Origin: Candidatus Woesearchaeota archaeon
GTDB taxonomy: Archaea > Nanobdellota > Nanobdellia > Pacearchaeales > GW2011-AR1
DNA: 64,000 nucleotides
Assembly: GCA_964355745.1 (NCBI GenBank)
Contig: CAYHEN010000001.1
Span: 17 to 64,016 of the forward strand
Direction of reading: 5' to 3'
Shown here one piece after another: positions 38,279 through 48,663 of this stretch (the stretch's first letter is position 1; every line of letters begins with the position of its first letter). Below the pieces are notes generated by a model. It did not search any database. It was given only the letters and a program-made list of their open reading frames with translations, and was not told where the DNA came from. Position numbers and translations under genes: made by a program.

Positions 38279-39490
38279 TTAAGAGTTTTCTTTATTAAAG
38301 TCTACTACTTTATTAATAAAATTCTCCAATCTCACAAAATTCTTTTCCATGCTTAATTCATTCCTGGCAATAACTATATTTTTTTGAATTTTTTCCCAGC
38401 TTATTTTTTGCAGTCTCTTTTTCAAATTTTTTAGATTCTTATCGTTAAAAGACATTGAAAGATTATAATGTTTCATTAATTTATCCACAAAGACAAGTTG
38501 TTTGTTATAAATAAAAGGAATCCCTGCTTCTAAATAACTGGCTAGTTTATTTCCTGTTGCAAAAAGAGGTTCTATGGTTGTTCCGTCAACTAAATTTGAT
38601 GCCCAAAATCCAAAATCATACTTTGAAATCTCTGGGACTATTTCTTTAGGTCCAAGAGGCTTATGTATATGAAAAAATTTATTATTCATTATCTCATCAA
38701 ATACACGCGAGATATACTCTCCTTCATTTTTCTCAGAAAGATGCTTAAAAGTCACATAAGCATGTATATGAATTCCTTGATTTAGGATTATTTTAAACAG
38801 GTTTGTAAGTCTAGAATCTGATGGAAAACCTCCAATATACACCATATGAAAAAAATTGTCCTTTTTTGAAAGTTTATCTTTGTTGATAGGAACTGTAAAT
38901 TCCTTGGAACAATATGGAAGAAAATTTAATTGAAAAGGAACGATTTTCAAATTTTTATGAATTCTATTATCAAGGTATTTAAGCTCGTCTGGAGCGCCCT
39001 TATGCGTTATTCCATTGGCATTTTCAAAACAATATCTTTCTGCTTCTATTTCAAATTTTTTGGTTGTTTTTAATGCCTTTTCTTTGGAATTGTATAAATG
39101 AGAGATAATATCATAAGGAAAATAAATAAAAGGATATTTCTTAAAAATATATTTATGCACTAATTTTAATTGCCAATTGTTTCCAGAAACACCTATTACT
39201 ACATAGGGTTTTAAAATTTTCATGGAAATTATAAATTTGATAAGACTTGGAATTTTTTTTATAAAATAAAAAAGAGATTTTAGATTTGGTTTAAAAAACT
39301 GAAAATTTGAACATATTATTTTATCAAATGCTTTTGAATAGAAATTGAAATCAAATCTGTCTTTCTCAGACACTGTTATTAAAACAGTCTCGTAGTTTTT
39401 TTCCTTGAATATTTTTGCTATCTTATATATCATCTCAAAAGGATGAGACGCACAATAAAATACAATTTGTTTTTTATCTTTCATTTTCAC
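38279..39490 (-). CDS. Hypothetical protein (403 aa), island-specific
   Basis: Long ORF with typical codon usage, co-oriented with GT9. No motif I can name. Confidence 0.4.
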   Translation of the reverse strand: MKMKDKKQIVFYCASHPFEMIYKIAKIFKEKNYETVLITVSEKDRFDFNFYSKAFDKIICSNFQFFKPNLKSLFYFIKKIPSLIKFIISMKILKPYVVIGVSGNNWQLKLVHKYIFKKYPFIYFPYDIISHLYNSKEKALKTTKKFEIEAERYCFENANGITHKGAPDELKYLDNRIHKNLKIVPFQLNFLPYCSKEFTVPINKDKLSKKDNFFHMVYIGGFPSDSRLTNLFKIILNQGIHIHAYVTFKHLSEKNEGEYISRVFDEIMNNKFFHIHKPLGPKEIVPEISKYDFGFWASNLVDGTTIEPLFATGNKLASYLEAGIPFIYNKQLVFVDKLMKHYNLSMSFNDKNLKNLKKRLQKISWEKIQKNIVIARNELSMEKNFVRLENFINKVVDFNKENS

Positions 39491-39696
39491 TTTAAGTTCT
39501 AATTAATTTTTTCTTGAATCACCCTCTTCATCTAAAAATTTAGAATAACCAGTTTTTATAATTAAAATTTTTTCTCTCTGGTTCATAAAGAAAAAATGAG
39601 GCTTAAGGTTTAAAAAGATTATTATCCAAAAGATTGTCAATTCTTTGAGAGGAGTTTGGAGTTAAGTTTATAAATGATTATGGCATCATAAAAAAA

Positions 39697-41241
39697 ATGA
39701 AAATAGTTTTAATTTCTACATTAACAGGTCCTTCAAACCTAGGGCTAGCAATCCTCTCTTCAGTCTTAAAAAAAGCAGGGTATGATGTAACTATGGTATT
39801 TATGGCAACAAATAAACTAACCAAAAACTCATATAATAAAAAAGAATTAAAACAATTAGAATTAATCTGTGAAGGCTGTGATTTAGTTGGGATTAGTTCA
39901 TTTACTGCAACATCCAAAAGAACAATTCAGATAATCGATTTTTTGAAGGGGAAAGTTCCAAATATGGTTTGGGGAGGAGTTCATGCCACTCTTTATCCAG
40001 AAGACTGTATTAAATATTGTGATATTGTATGTGTTGGTGAAGGAGAAGAAGCAATTTTAGATTTGGCAAAGGCAATTGAAAAAAACAAGCCAATTGATAA
40101 TATTAAAAATTTATGGATTAAAAAGGATAATAAAATAATAAGAAATCCAATTAGAAATATGATTAATGATTTGGATAAGATTCCTTTCCCAGATTTTGAG
40201 ATTGAAAAGCAATTTGTTCTAAAAAATGGGAAATTAAAGGGATTTGAAGAAAAAGATTTCGGCGGGCTGATAATATTTATGGCTGGTAGAGGTTGCCCTT
40301 ATGGATGTGACTATTGCAGCAATAATGTATTCAATAGGATATATGAGGGGAAAAGAGAATGCATAGTAAGAAAACACAGTATTGATTATGTTATTGATGT
40401 ATTGGCTTATATAAAGAACAAATTTCCAAATGTTAAAAATTTAGAGATTTCCGATGATTCATTTTCTCTCAGACCAATCAAAGAAATAAAAGAATTTGGT
40501 GAGAAATACAAAAAGAGAGTTGGTTTAAAATTCTATTGTTTAATTGACGCAAGAACTCTCACAGAAGAAAAAGCCAAGTTATTAGTTGATGCTGGATGCC
40601 AGATGGTTACAATAGGGATTCAAAGTTCAGAGAGGGTTAATAGACAAGTTTATCACAGGTATATAACAGATGAAGATGTACTTAGGAGTTCTAAAATATT
40701 AAAAAGTGTAAGTAAAAATTTAGCAACTACTTATGATATTATAACCTGTAATCCTTATGAAAAGCCGGAAGATATAATCGCTTTAATTAATCTTTTGAGA
40801 AAAATACCAAAGCCTTATCGTCTTTCAGTTAGTGCTCTTCTTTATTTTCCAGGAACCAATATAACTAATCGTGCCTTAAAAGACAAATTAATAACTGAAA
40901 AAGACTTATTCCAAGAAGATACTCCTGACAGGATGGGATTTCTTTTGAAGAGAAAAAAGAATCTGTACCTTAATTTAATTTCTACTTTAATGGGTGGGCT
41001 TGCTATAGACAATAAAGTAGGGTTAATTAATGATTCTTGGTTTGATTATCTTCTTGATGAAAAAAGGATTGAGAAGAATTTAAAAAATCCTTTTTTTGTT
41101 ATTTTGTTTATAAGATTCTTTAGAGTTCGTGATTTTGTTAGAAATAATATAGTAAAGAAAATTATTCCAGAATCATTTAAAAGAAGATATATAGAAATCA
41201 GGCTTAAAAATAAAATTCTATACAATCCAGTTCAAAACTAA
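39697..41241 (+). CDS. B12-binding-domain radical SAM protein (paralog of 15932-17470)
   Basis: GRGCPYGCDYCSN, VCVGEGEEAILDLAKAIEK. High similarity to the minus-strand paralog. Confidence 0.8.
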   Translation: MKIVLISTLTGPSNLGLAILSSVLKKAGYDVTMVFMATNKLTKNSYNKKELKQLELICEGCDLVGISSFTATSKRTIQIIDFLKGKVPNMVWGGVHATLYPEDCIKYCDIVCVGEGEEAILDLAKAIEKNKPIDNIKNLWIKKDNKIIRNPIRNMINDLDKIPFPDFEIEKQFVLKNGKLKGFEEKDFGGLIIFMAGRGCPYGCDYCSNNVFNRIYEGKRECIVRKHSIDYVIDVLAYIKNKFPNVKNLEISDDSFSLRPIKEIKEFGEKYKKRVGLKFYCLIDARTLTEEKAKLLVDAGCQMVTIGIQSSERVNRQVYHRYITDEDVLRSSKILKSVSKNLATTYDIITCNPYEKPEDIIALINLLRKIPKPYRLSVSALLYFPGTNITNRALKDKLITEKDLFQEDTPDRMGFLLKRKKNLYLNLISTLMGGLAIDNKVGLINDSWFDYLLDEKRIEKNLKNPFFVILFIRFFRVRDFVRNNIVKKIIPESFKRRYIEIRLKNKILYNPVQN

Positions 41242-41304
41242 GTCTCAAAGAGAAAAAGGGTGAAAGAAAATGTCTATTACGCAATTTCTATCTTCATTCT
41301 TAAT

Positions 41305-42840
41305 TTAGGTTCTAGTTATCTTTCTTTTAAATATCCTTAATATTTCAAAATCATTTCTGTCTAAACTCTTTGTTACAAGAATTAATAAAATATACAATAG
41401 AATAAAAAAAGAACCGAGCAAAATTATTGAGATTAAATTAATAGAAAAAAATTGTCTAACATAAAGGAGTATTATAGAAGGAATTGCTACTGAAATTAAT
41501 ATCCGAATCATTTTCCTCCTTATAGGAACTATATTAATGTAATATTTAACCTGAAAGAAAAGAATTATATTAAGGAGGATGTAACTTATTGTTGTAGAAA
41601 ATGCTGCTCCATTAATTCCATATTTTGGAATAAGCAAGATATTTAATACGAAATTAAAAACAGAGAGGATTATTATATCTATTAAAGATATTTTAGATTT
41701 TCCAATAACCAATATCAGATTTTCTGAGATTTGTGTCATAGAACAGAACAAAAAACCCACTGATAAAATCTTAAGAGCCTGTTCTGCTGCCATATACTGT
41801 TCACCAAAGAGAATATTGATAAATGCACCAGAAAATAAAAACATAAGGGAAAAGAAAGGAAGGTTTATGATTAATATCCATTTTTGAATTTGCTTGCTCA
41901 ATTCTCTCATGACTTCAATCTTTTTTTCAGAAAATTCTCTAATAACCATTGGAAAGAGAATCTGCAAGAATAAAGAGGGTACAAAAACCATTAAAGAAGC
42001 GATTGGAAAGGCGGCATTATAAATACCTACATCAGAAGAACCCTTAAAGAATCCTATAACTGAAGAATCCGTATATGCAAAAAGATCGAATAGGATGTTT
42101 GAAAAAATGAGAGGTATAGAATATAAGAAAAATTTACTTTTTATCTGTTTTTTTATTTTTTCTTTTAGAATATAACTTTTAAAAATTTCTGGAAGTTTAT
42201 ATCTGCAGTAGAGATAAGCCACAAAGAAAACTGTTAAGATGCCTATCAGGTAAGAAAGGGCTACTGAATTAGCTTTTACCCCAAAGAAAATGAGCAAGAG
42301 AAGAGAAACTAATTTAATTAAGGTCTGGAAAAATTCTGATATAAAAGAATGTACTTTTATTTTTTCAAATCCCCTTATTAAACAAAGAAAAACAGAACCA
42401 ATCATGTAAAAAGGCATTGCAATGCTTAATATTTTGAGAAAAATGATTAGATTTGGCTCATGGAAGAGATTAATAGAAATAAATTCTGAGGAAAAAAATA
42501 GAATTAAACTAAAGAAAATGCTTGATAGAGTTAATATTAAAACAGAAAATCTAAAAATGTACCTAATATTATTGATTTTTTTTGTACCCCTGTAAAAAGG
42601 AATAAATCTCAAAAGCCCTTCAAAAAATCCAAAAGAAGAGATAGATACAGCAAATAAGAAAACTATAGAAGCAAGGGAGAAAGTACCATAAACTGCAGGT
42701 CCAAAATTTCTAGCAATAACTATCCTGTAAAAGTAAAAGAGAACCTTAGAAAACAGAACTGTAACAAAGATAAAAACAGAAGTCTTTGCAATTATCTTTA
42801 AAGAATCGTCTATATCTTCATCTTTTGATTTTTTATTCAT
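41305..42840 (-). CDS. Wzx-type oligosaccharide flippase (MOP superfamily)
   Basis: 511 aa, about 12-14 hydrophobic helices, polysaccharide-biosynthesis-protein topology. Sits inside the GT cluster. Confidence 0.65.
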   Translation of the reverse strand: MNKKSKDEDIDDSLKIIAKTSVFIFVTVLFSKVLFYFYRIVIARNFGPAVYGTFSLASIVFLFAVSISSFGFFEGLLRFIPFYRGTKKINNIRYIFRFSVLILTLSSIFFSLILFFSSEFISINLFHEPNLIIFLKILSIAMPFYMIGSVFLCLIRGFEKIKVHSFISEFFQTLIKLVSLLLLIFFGVKANSVALSYLIGILTVFFVAYLYCRYKLPEIFKSYILKEKIKKQIKSKFFLYSIPLIFSNILFDLFAYTDSSVIGFFKGSSDVGIYNAAFPIASLMVFVPSLFLQILFPMVIREFSEKKIEVMRELSKQIQKWILIINLPFFSLMFLFSGAFINILFGEQYMAAEQALKILSVGFLFCSMTQISENLILVIGKSKISLIDIIILSVFNFVLNILLIPKYGINGAAFSTTISYILLNIILFFQVKYYINIVPIRRKMIRILISVAIPSIILLYVRQFFSINLISIILLGSFFILLYILLILVTKSLDRNDFEILRIFKRKITRT

Positions 42841-42870
42841 TAGATAATTATAGGGGATATCTTTTTAAAT

Positions 42871-43950
42871 TTAGCCCGAATATTTTAATTCATCTATAAT
42901 CTTACTTAATTTTTCAAAAAGAGGGGTTGGATTCATTTTTCTCTTAAATAAACTCTTTAAAAAATTCATGTCATAAATATAAATTTGACCGCCATATTCT
43001 CCTCCTAAAACTCTTTTCCGAGCAAAATTATCCTCTAAATCAGAAGAATTAGATTCCAAAATAGGTTTCGGTTTTCCTTTAAACAGAATTTGATTTGGAA
43101 AACTAGAACTGTCTATATAAAAATGACTATAAAGAATCATGTAATAAGCAGCTAAACATCTAAGAAAATTGTCGTCTTTTAGCCTTTTTTTTAAAATGTT
43201 AAATCTGTTTACTTCAGAAAGATTTCTTAATATCATAAAATGTGTAAGAAAATCATAAAGATTGTATGCCTTTTTCATTAAGAAATTTTTTAAAAATCTC
43301 TCATTGCCATATTTTTCTATATATTGATTAAAAACAGGATAATTTTTTAAAAAGGGGTAAACAAACCTTCTTATATGAGTAGTATCTGGACCGAGATAAT
43401 TTTCTTTGTCAAAGGAAAAATCATAATTAACTAAAAGAACCAAATCCTCTCTATATCCAAAAAAACATTCATCGCCCATAAAGAAAGGTTTAGTCATTTC
43501 AAACCAAGGAGCCCATATTTTGTATTTGAATATATTCCCTTTAGGTAAGGAGTATAATATTTCAAGAATTTTCTCTTTTTCAGAAAATAATTTTTCTAAA
43601 AATTTAGGTTCTATGTATACATCTGTGCGAGTTTTTAATACAAATTTGTCTTTAGATACCTTGTTTAATCCAGCCTCTAGAGATTTCATCTGACACCATA
43701 CGTTTCCATCTCCCCTATCTATTGGCTCTTCGCTTTCCACTACTAAAACTTTTTTACTTTTCAGAAAAGAAGAGAGTTCTGGAGTTTTTTGGACTTCTCC
43801 TTTCCATGTTGATAGGATGATTTTAGCTACGAGCCATTTCTTACGCAACGAAGTTAAATCTTCAATGGTCTTTTTGAATGAATCTAATTCTCTTATCAGC
43901 CCACAAAAAACCACATCTACTGGTTTAACTTTTTTATTTTTTAGGGTCAT
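42871..43950 (-). CDS. Hypothetical protein (359 aa), island-specific
   Basis: Long ORF. No recognisable motif. Confidence 0.4.
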   Translation of the reverse strand: MTLKNKKVKPVDVVFCGLIRELDSFKKTIEDLTSLRKKWLVAKIILSTWKGEVQKTPELSSFLKSKKVLVVESEEPIDRGDGNVWCQMKSLEAGLNKVSKDKFVLKTRTDVYIEPKFLEKLFSEKEKILEILYSLPKGNIFKYKIWAPWFEMTKPFFMGDECFFGYREDLVLLVNYDFSFDKENYLGPDTTHIRRFVYPFLKNYPVFNQYIEKYGNERFLKNFLMKKAYNLYDFLTHFMILRNLSEVNRFNILKKRLKDDNFLRCLAAYYMILYSHFYIDSSSFPNQILFKGKPKPILESNSSDLEDNFARKRVLGGEYGGQIYIYDMNFLKSLFKRKMNPTPLFEKLSKIIDELKYSG

Positions 43951-44057
43951 TTTTTATATCTGTTGATAATTATTTATAAATTTATGGATATAAAAATTTA
44001 TAAAAAAGGATTTTCAATAAAATACATCGAAAATTAAATTTTTTTATAGTCAATAAT

Positions 44058-45668
44058 ATGAAAAATTACGAAATACTGATGATTGTACCCAGATATGAAT
44101 CAACTAATAAAAAGAGGTATAATTACTTTTTTCCAATTGGTTTAGGGTATATTGTGGCAGTTTTAAAAAAGGCAGGGTATTCTGTAGATTGTTTAAATCT
44201 AAATCACGAAAAAGGAGCTTCAGAAGAAATAATAAAAAATTATTTAGATAAAAAAGAATATAACTTTGTTTGTACGGGGAATAATGCTTTAGGTTATAAA
44301 ATTACGAGAAAGATAATTAATTCTGCTAGGGCACACAAATCAAATCCAAAGATAATCCTTGGAGGACCTCTTATAACCAGTGAACCAGATTTGATATTTA
44401 AGGACCTTCGTCCTGATTTTGGGGTTATCGGAGAGGGAGAGGGAACTATTGTAGAAATTTTAGAATATTTAAAAAAAAATAAGCCATTGAAAGAAGTTAG
44501 AGGGTTAATGTATTGGGAAGATGATAAAGCCATATTAACTGAAAAAAGAGTATCATTAAATATTGATTCTATCCCTTTTCCTGATTTTGACGCTTTGGGG
44601 TTTAAAGAATATTTAGATAATTCTGCCCCAAATTATTCTTATATGCATAGTGTCTTTGATAATCCTAGAACTTACTATATTGTTGGTAGTCGTTCATGCC
44701 CCTTCCAATGCACTTTCTGCTGGCATTATGATAATAAATACAGACAAAGGTCAATTGATAATATAATGAAAGAATTAGAAGAAAGAGTAAAAAGATACAG
44801 AATTAATAGGATTTATATATTAGACGAATGTTTCTCAATAGATAAAAAGAGATTGGTTGAATTCTGTAAAAGAATTTCTAAATTAAAGAAAGAAATCTCT
44901 TGGGAATTAAGATGGATTAATTCCTCAAAAGTAAGCGATGTTGATGAAGATATTTTAAGAATGTTGAAAGAATCTGGCTGCGATATTATAAGTTATGGGT
45001 TTGAAAGTTATAGTCTGATAATTCTTAAAGGCATGAAGAAAATGATTACTCCAGAACAAATTGACAACGCTATTAAAAAAACCTATAACGCGAAAATTGC
45101 GATACAGGGTAATTTTATTTTTGGTGATATTGCAGAGACTAAAGAAACAGCATACGAAACTCTCAATTATTGGAAGGAAAATTGCGAGGGGCAACCGTAT
45201 CTAGCATTCATAATGCCATTTCCAAACAGTGAGATATACAGGTCTTGTTTAGAAAGAGGAATAATAAAAGATAAGTTAGAATTTATAAAAAATTTGGAGG
45301 GAGAATTCATAATGAAAATGACAGATAAGATGACAGATGAAGAATTCAACCAACTAAAAGAAGACATACTAAAAGCACTTGCTAAGTATAATAGAATAGT
45401 AAAACCGATATCAATCAAAAAGATAAAAGGTAAAAGATATGAATTGGAAGTAAAATGCCCTTATTGTAATCAAATAATAGAGTATAGGAATTTTTTAATT
45501 AAAAGTAAACTTTATTATCTTCTTTATGTAATGTGTAAAGATTGTTCTAAAAAATTTCATATAGGAAATAGTTTAACCGTATTTTTATATAAAAATTATG
45601 ATAAAGCAAAAAAGTTAAGAACCATGAAAGATAAAGTAGCAGGTTATATCAGGAAGATGAAACAATAA
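44058..45668 (+). CDS. B12-binding-domain radical SAM protein with C-terminal C4 zinc-ribbon
   Basis: GSRSCPFQCTFCWH, N-domain FVCTGNNALG...ILGGPLIT. C-terminus CPYCNQ...CKDCSKKF. Confidence 0.8.
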   Translation: MKNYEILMIVPRYESTNKKRYNYFFPIGLGYIVAVLKKAGYSVDCLNLNHEKGASEEIIKNYLDKKEYNFVCTGNNALGYKITRKIINSARAHKSNPKIILGGPLITSEPDLIFKDLRPDFGVIGEGEGTIVEILEYLKKNKPLKEVRGLMYWEDDKAILTEKRVSLNIDSIPFPDFDALGFKEYLDNSAPNYSYMHSVFDNPRTYYIVGSRSCPFQCTFCWHYDNKYRQRSIDNIMKELEERVKRYRINRIYILDECFSIDKKRLVEFCKRISKLKKEISWELRWINSSKVSDVDEDILRMLKESGCDIISYGFESYSLIILKGMKKMITPEQIDNAIKKTYNAKIAIQGNFIFGDIAETKETAYETLNYWKENCEGQPYLAFIMPFPNSEIYRSCLERGIIKDKLEFIKNLEGEFIMKMTDKMTDEEFNQLKEDILKALAKYNRIVKPISIKKIKGKRYELEVKCPYCNQIIEYRNFLIKSKLYYLLYVMCKDCSKKFHIGNSLTVFLYKNYDKAKKLRTMKDKVAGYIRKMKQ

Positions 45669-45669
45669 A

Positions 45670-46425
45670 ATGAATATTATAGTCCCTCTTGCAGGCAAAG
45701 ATAAGAATTTTGAGAATAGAGGAATGATAAAACCTTTAACAAAAATCAGAGGCAAGGAAATAATAAAATGGATTTCTGAATCAAGACCTTTCCCTTACGA
45801 AAATGCGATCTTCGTTGTTTTAAGAGAACATCAGGAACAATATAGCATAATAGATGAATTAAAAAGGCTATTTGGAGAGAGGATAAAGATTGTTATTGCT
45901 GAACAAATGACAGAAGGTTCTCCTCAATCCATTCTCCTTGCAAAGCCTTTAATTGACAACAACGAAGAGCTTTTAATTGATTTGGGAGATCAGTATCTTG
46001 ACTTAACAGAGTTTGAGCAAGTTATGCATAAAGAATTTATGAAATCAGATGAAAAAAGATATGATGGAATCATTCCTACTTTCAAGGCTTATTATTGGAA
46101 TCAAGGATATATGATTATCGGAGAAGATGGTTTTGTGAGAAAAATCTCTGAAAAGGATCCTGTTCCAATTTCTAACGATTCCACTGCTTGTATTTCTTAT
46201 TTCAAGAAGGGCTCTCACTTTGTGAAATATGCTCAACAAATGATTGCTAAAAAAAGAACAGCAGTAAATGGGGTTTACCTGCCGAGTTTGACTTACAACG
46301 AAATGATTGAAGATGGAAAGAAGATCGTTACTTGTCCATGCGAGATGATTGTTAATCTTGGGAAGATAGAGGGTGTTGATGTATTTGAACAAATAAACAG
46401 GCCTTTGAAATGGAAACAGAAATAA
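45670..46425 (+). CDS. Nucleotidyltransferase (NTP_transferase / GT-A-like, LicC/sugar-phosphate type)
   Basis: MNIIVPLAGKDKNF ... LIDLGDQY. Paralogous to 47890-48663. Confidence 0.55.
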   Translation: MNIIVPLAGKDKNFENRGMIKPLTKIRGKEIIKWISESRPFPYENAIFVVLREHQEQYSIIDELKRLFGERIKIVIAEQMTEGSPQSILLAKPLIDNNEELLIDLGDQYLDLTEFEQVMHKEFMKSDEKRYDGIIPTFKAYYWNQGYMIIGEDGFVRKISEKDPVPISNDSTACISYFKKGSHFVKYAQQMIAKKRTAVNGVYLPSLTYNEMIEDGKKIVTCPCEMIVNLGKIEGVDVFEQINRPLKWKQK

Positions 46426-47153
46426 TCTTACATAGAGGATATAAAGGAAAACATTTAGAAAACAGCAGAGTTGCTTTTGAAAATGCTATAAGAGAATGTA
46501 TGTCTTTTGAGACAGATATAAGAGTCAGCAAAGACGGAAAATGTTTTCTAATTCATGATGAATACTTGGAAAGGCTTCTTGGCATTTCAGGAAGAGTACA
46601 AGATTACAATGCTGAAAGATTAAGAAACATGAAATATATTGGAGATTCTTCTTCTTTGGTTTTGTTTGACGAATTAATAAATTTAATTAAAAAAAATAAA
46701 GAAAATTCTGGTAAAATTTTTATTCATATCAAACAATTAAACGATATTCCTTATGTTATGCACTCTTTAGATGGAAATTTAAAAGAAAAATTAAGATTTT
46801 TTGCCTGTGATGATATTACTAAAGGATTAGTAAACTTAATCAGAGAAAATTATCCAGGATATATTGTAGGATTGCATGTTGCTGAAGATTCTCCTTATAA
46901 AAATGAAGAACATTTTAAGAAGGCAGATTTTATCTGGACCGATGAAATTAAAAAGAAAAGCATAAATTCTCGATTAGTTAGACTTGCTAATAGCACAGAA
47001 AAGCCAATATATGTTATCTCGCCAGAATTAATCCCTGAATCTGTATTTAATAAAGACATTCAAAAAAGGTGGAGAGAGTTTGTTGCAATGAATGTAAACG
47101 GAATCTGTACAGACAAACCAATTGAACTTATGAATTTCTTAAGGAAGAACTAA
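46410..47153 (+). CDS. Glycerophosphodiester phosphodiesterase family protein
   Basis: ILHRGYKG..ENSRVAFENAI..ETDIRVSKDGKCFLIHD is the GDPD signature HR..ENT..E.D...DG..V..HD. Confidence 0.65.
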   Translation: METEIILHRGYKGKHLENSRVAFENAIRECMSFETDIRVSKDGKCFLIHDEYLERLLGISGRVQDYNAERLRNMKYIGDSSSLVLFDELINLIKKNKENSGKIFIHIKQLNDIPYVMHSLDGNLKEKLRFFACDDITKGLVNLIRENYPGYIVGLHVAEDSPYKNEEHFKKADFIWTDEIKKKSINSRLVRLANSTEKPIYVISPELIPESVFNKDIQKRWREFVAMNVNGICTDKPIELMNFLRKN

Positions 47154-47893
47154 TTCTTTTTTTTAAAGAATATTAAATCACAAGCAGAAGGACATCCTTC
47201 AATATATCCTAACTCTCTTTGTACGAATCCGATAAAGCCATATTTCTCTAATAAAGGAATGAGATTCCCTAACTTCATCTGCTTTTTATGAAAGTCTTTA
47301 AAGAACCATTCAATTTGCAGAACATCTACTTCTTTTAATCTGTTACCAAATCCTCTGAGAACATTGGTTTCTGCTCCTTCCACGTCAATTTTGACGAAAC
47401 AAGGTCTTTCTATTGAGATTTTTAGTTTATCAAACCTTTTCTGTTGTAATCTTACTTCAGAAAGTTTGTCTTTAGCCCCAATGTATTTTGTATAATTTGT
47501 AAGAGGTTTTAGAAAAGAACTTGCGCCTGTATTCTCTCTATTCACATAAAACATGCTTTCTCCTTCCTTGTCCCATAACCCAAAATTAAAGGCAGTTACA
47601 TTTTTTATTTCCTTGATTATATTGTAAAATTTTATTTGGGGTTCAAATGCATATATTTTGGCCTTAGGGAAGATGTATTTTGCCGCTTTTATAAACAAAC
47701 CTTCATTAGCTCCGATATCAATTATTGTTTTAACTTCTCCAATTAAATCTTGGGTAGTAAGACAAGTATAACAGTGATTAGAATTTATTCCTTTAAATTT
47801 TCCCGTTAAAACTCGAGGATATTCTATAATTCTCTCAACTGTTCTGCTTAATCTCTTCAATTTTGAATTCATTTTAAAAGAATTCGGTGTCAT
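47150..47893 (-). CDS. FkbM-family methyltransferase
   Basis: IIDIGANEGLFIKAA ... AFEPQ resembles FkbM motifs. Confidence 0.6.
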   Translation of the reverse strand: MTPNSFKMNSKLKRLSRTVERIIEYPRVLTGKFKGINSNHCYTCLTTQDLIGEVKTIIDIGANEGLFIKAAKYIFPKAKIYAFEPQIKFYNIIKEIKNVTAFNFGLWDKEGESMFYVNRENTGASSFLKPLTNYTKYIGAKDKLSEVRLQQKRFDKLKISIERPCFVKIDVEGAETNVLRGFGNRLKEVDVLQIEWFFKDFHKKQMKLGNLIPLLEKYGFIGFVQRELGYIEGCPSACDLIFFKKKN

Positions 47894-48663
47894 TTAAATT
47901 TTTTATTATTTCTTGATTCAAAAAAATCCAAAACCTTGTTTTTATTCTCAAAAAATTCTTCGGGAGCCCCTAACTGAAACATTTCGGCTATAGGATAATG
48001 AAGGATAGTCTTAAAATCCTGAATAAACTGATTGTAGACAGGAGCAGTATAAAATTCATTGTTTACTCTTATATTCTTTGCAATCATCCTTTCTGCATAC
48101 TTCACAAAGTCAGAGCCTTTCGCAAAATAATAAATTCCAACTGAACCATGGTTGCTTATCACTGATTTTTCTGCTGTTTCAATTATCTGCCCTTTTGAAT
48201 TTACCCTTGAAAAGCTATAATTTGGTCTGTCAGTATGAATATTCACGATTGCACCATCTGCCTTGTTTCTTTCTACAAACTCAAAGAAATGCTCTGGATT
48301 CCAGTTGATTATCTGGTCACAATCCTTTACAATCATCGAATTATCATCGTTAAAATAGTCCTTAGCCAGCAGAACAGTGCAAACAGCTCCCTGAGTTATT
48401 TCATTTATCTTTACTATTTTTGCGTTTGGCTCTATCTCTAAAAGTTTTTTGTCTAGCTGAAATTCATCACAATGATCTTGCCTTACAATAAAAATAAATT
48501 GTGCCTGAGGAACTTTCATAATGTCAATTATATGCTTAATAACCAAATCATCTCCTATCTTTAACAGGGGTTTTGGAGTCATATATCCTGCTTCAATAAA
48601 TCTCTGTCCTCTCCCTGCCATGGGAATAACAATATTTATTTTTTTCATTTCACATACCCCCAC
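47890..48663 (-). CDS. Nucleotidyltransferase (NTP_transferase family)
   Basis: MKKINIVIPMAGRGQRF ... TPKPLLKI. Confidence 0.6.
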   Translation of the reverse strand: MGVCEMKKINIVIPMAGRGQRFIEAGYMTPKPLLKIGDDLVIKHIIDIMKVPQAQFIFIVRQDHCDEFQLDKKLLEIEPNAKIVKINEITQGAVCTVLLAKDYFNDDNSMIVKDCDQIINWNPEHFFEFVERNKADGAIVNIHTDRPNYSFSRVNSKGQIIETAEKSVISNHGSVGIYYFAKGSDFVKYAERMIAKNIRVNNEFYTAPVYNQFIQDFKTILHYPIAEMFQLGAPEEFFENKNKVLDFFESRNNKKFK

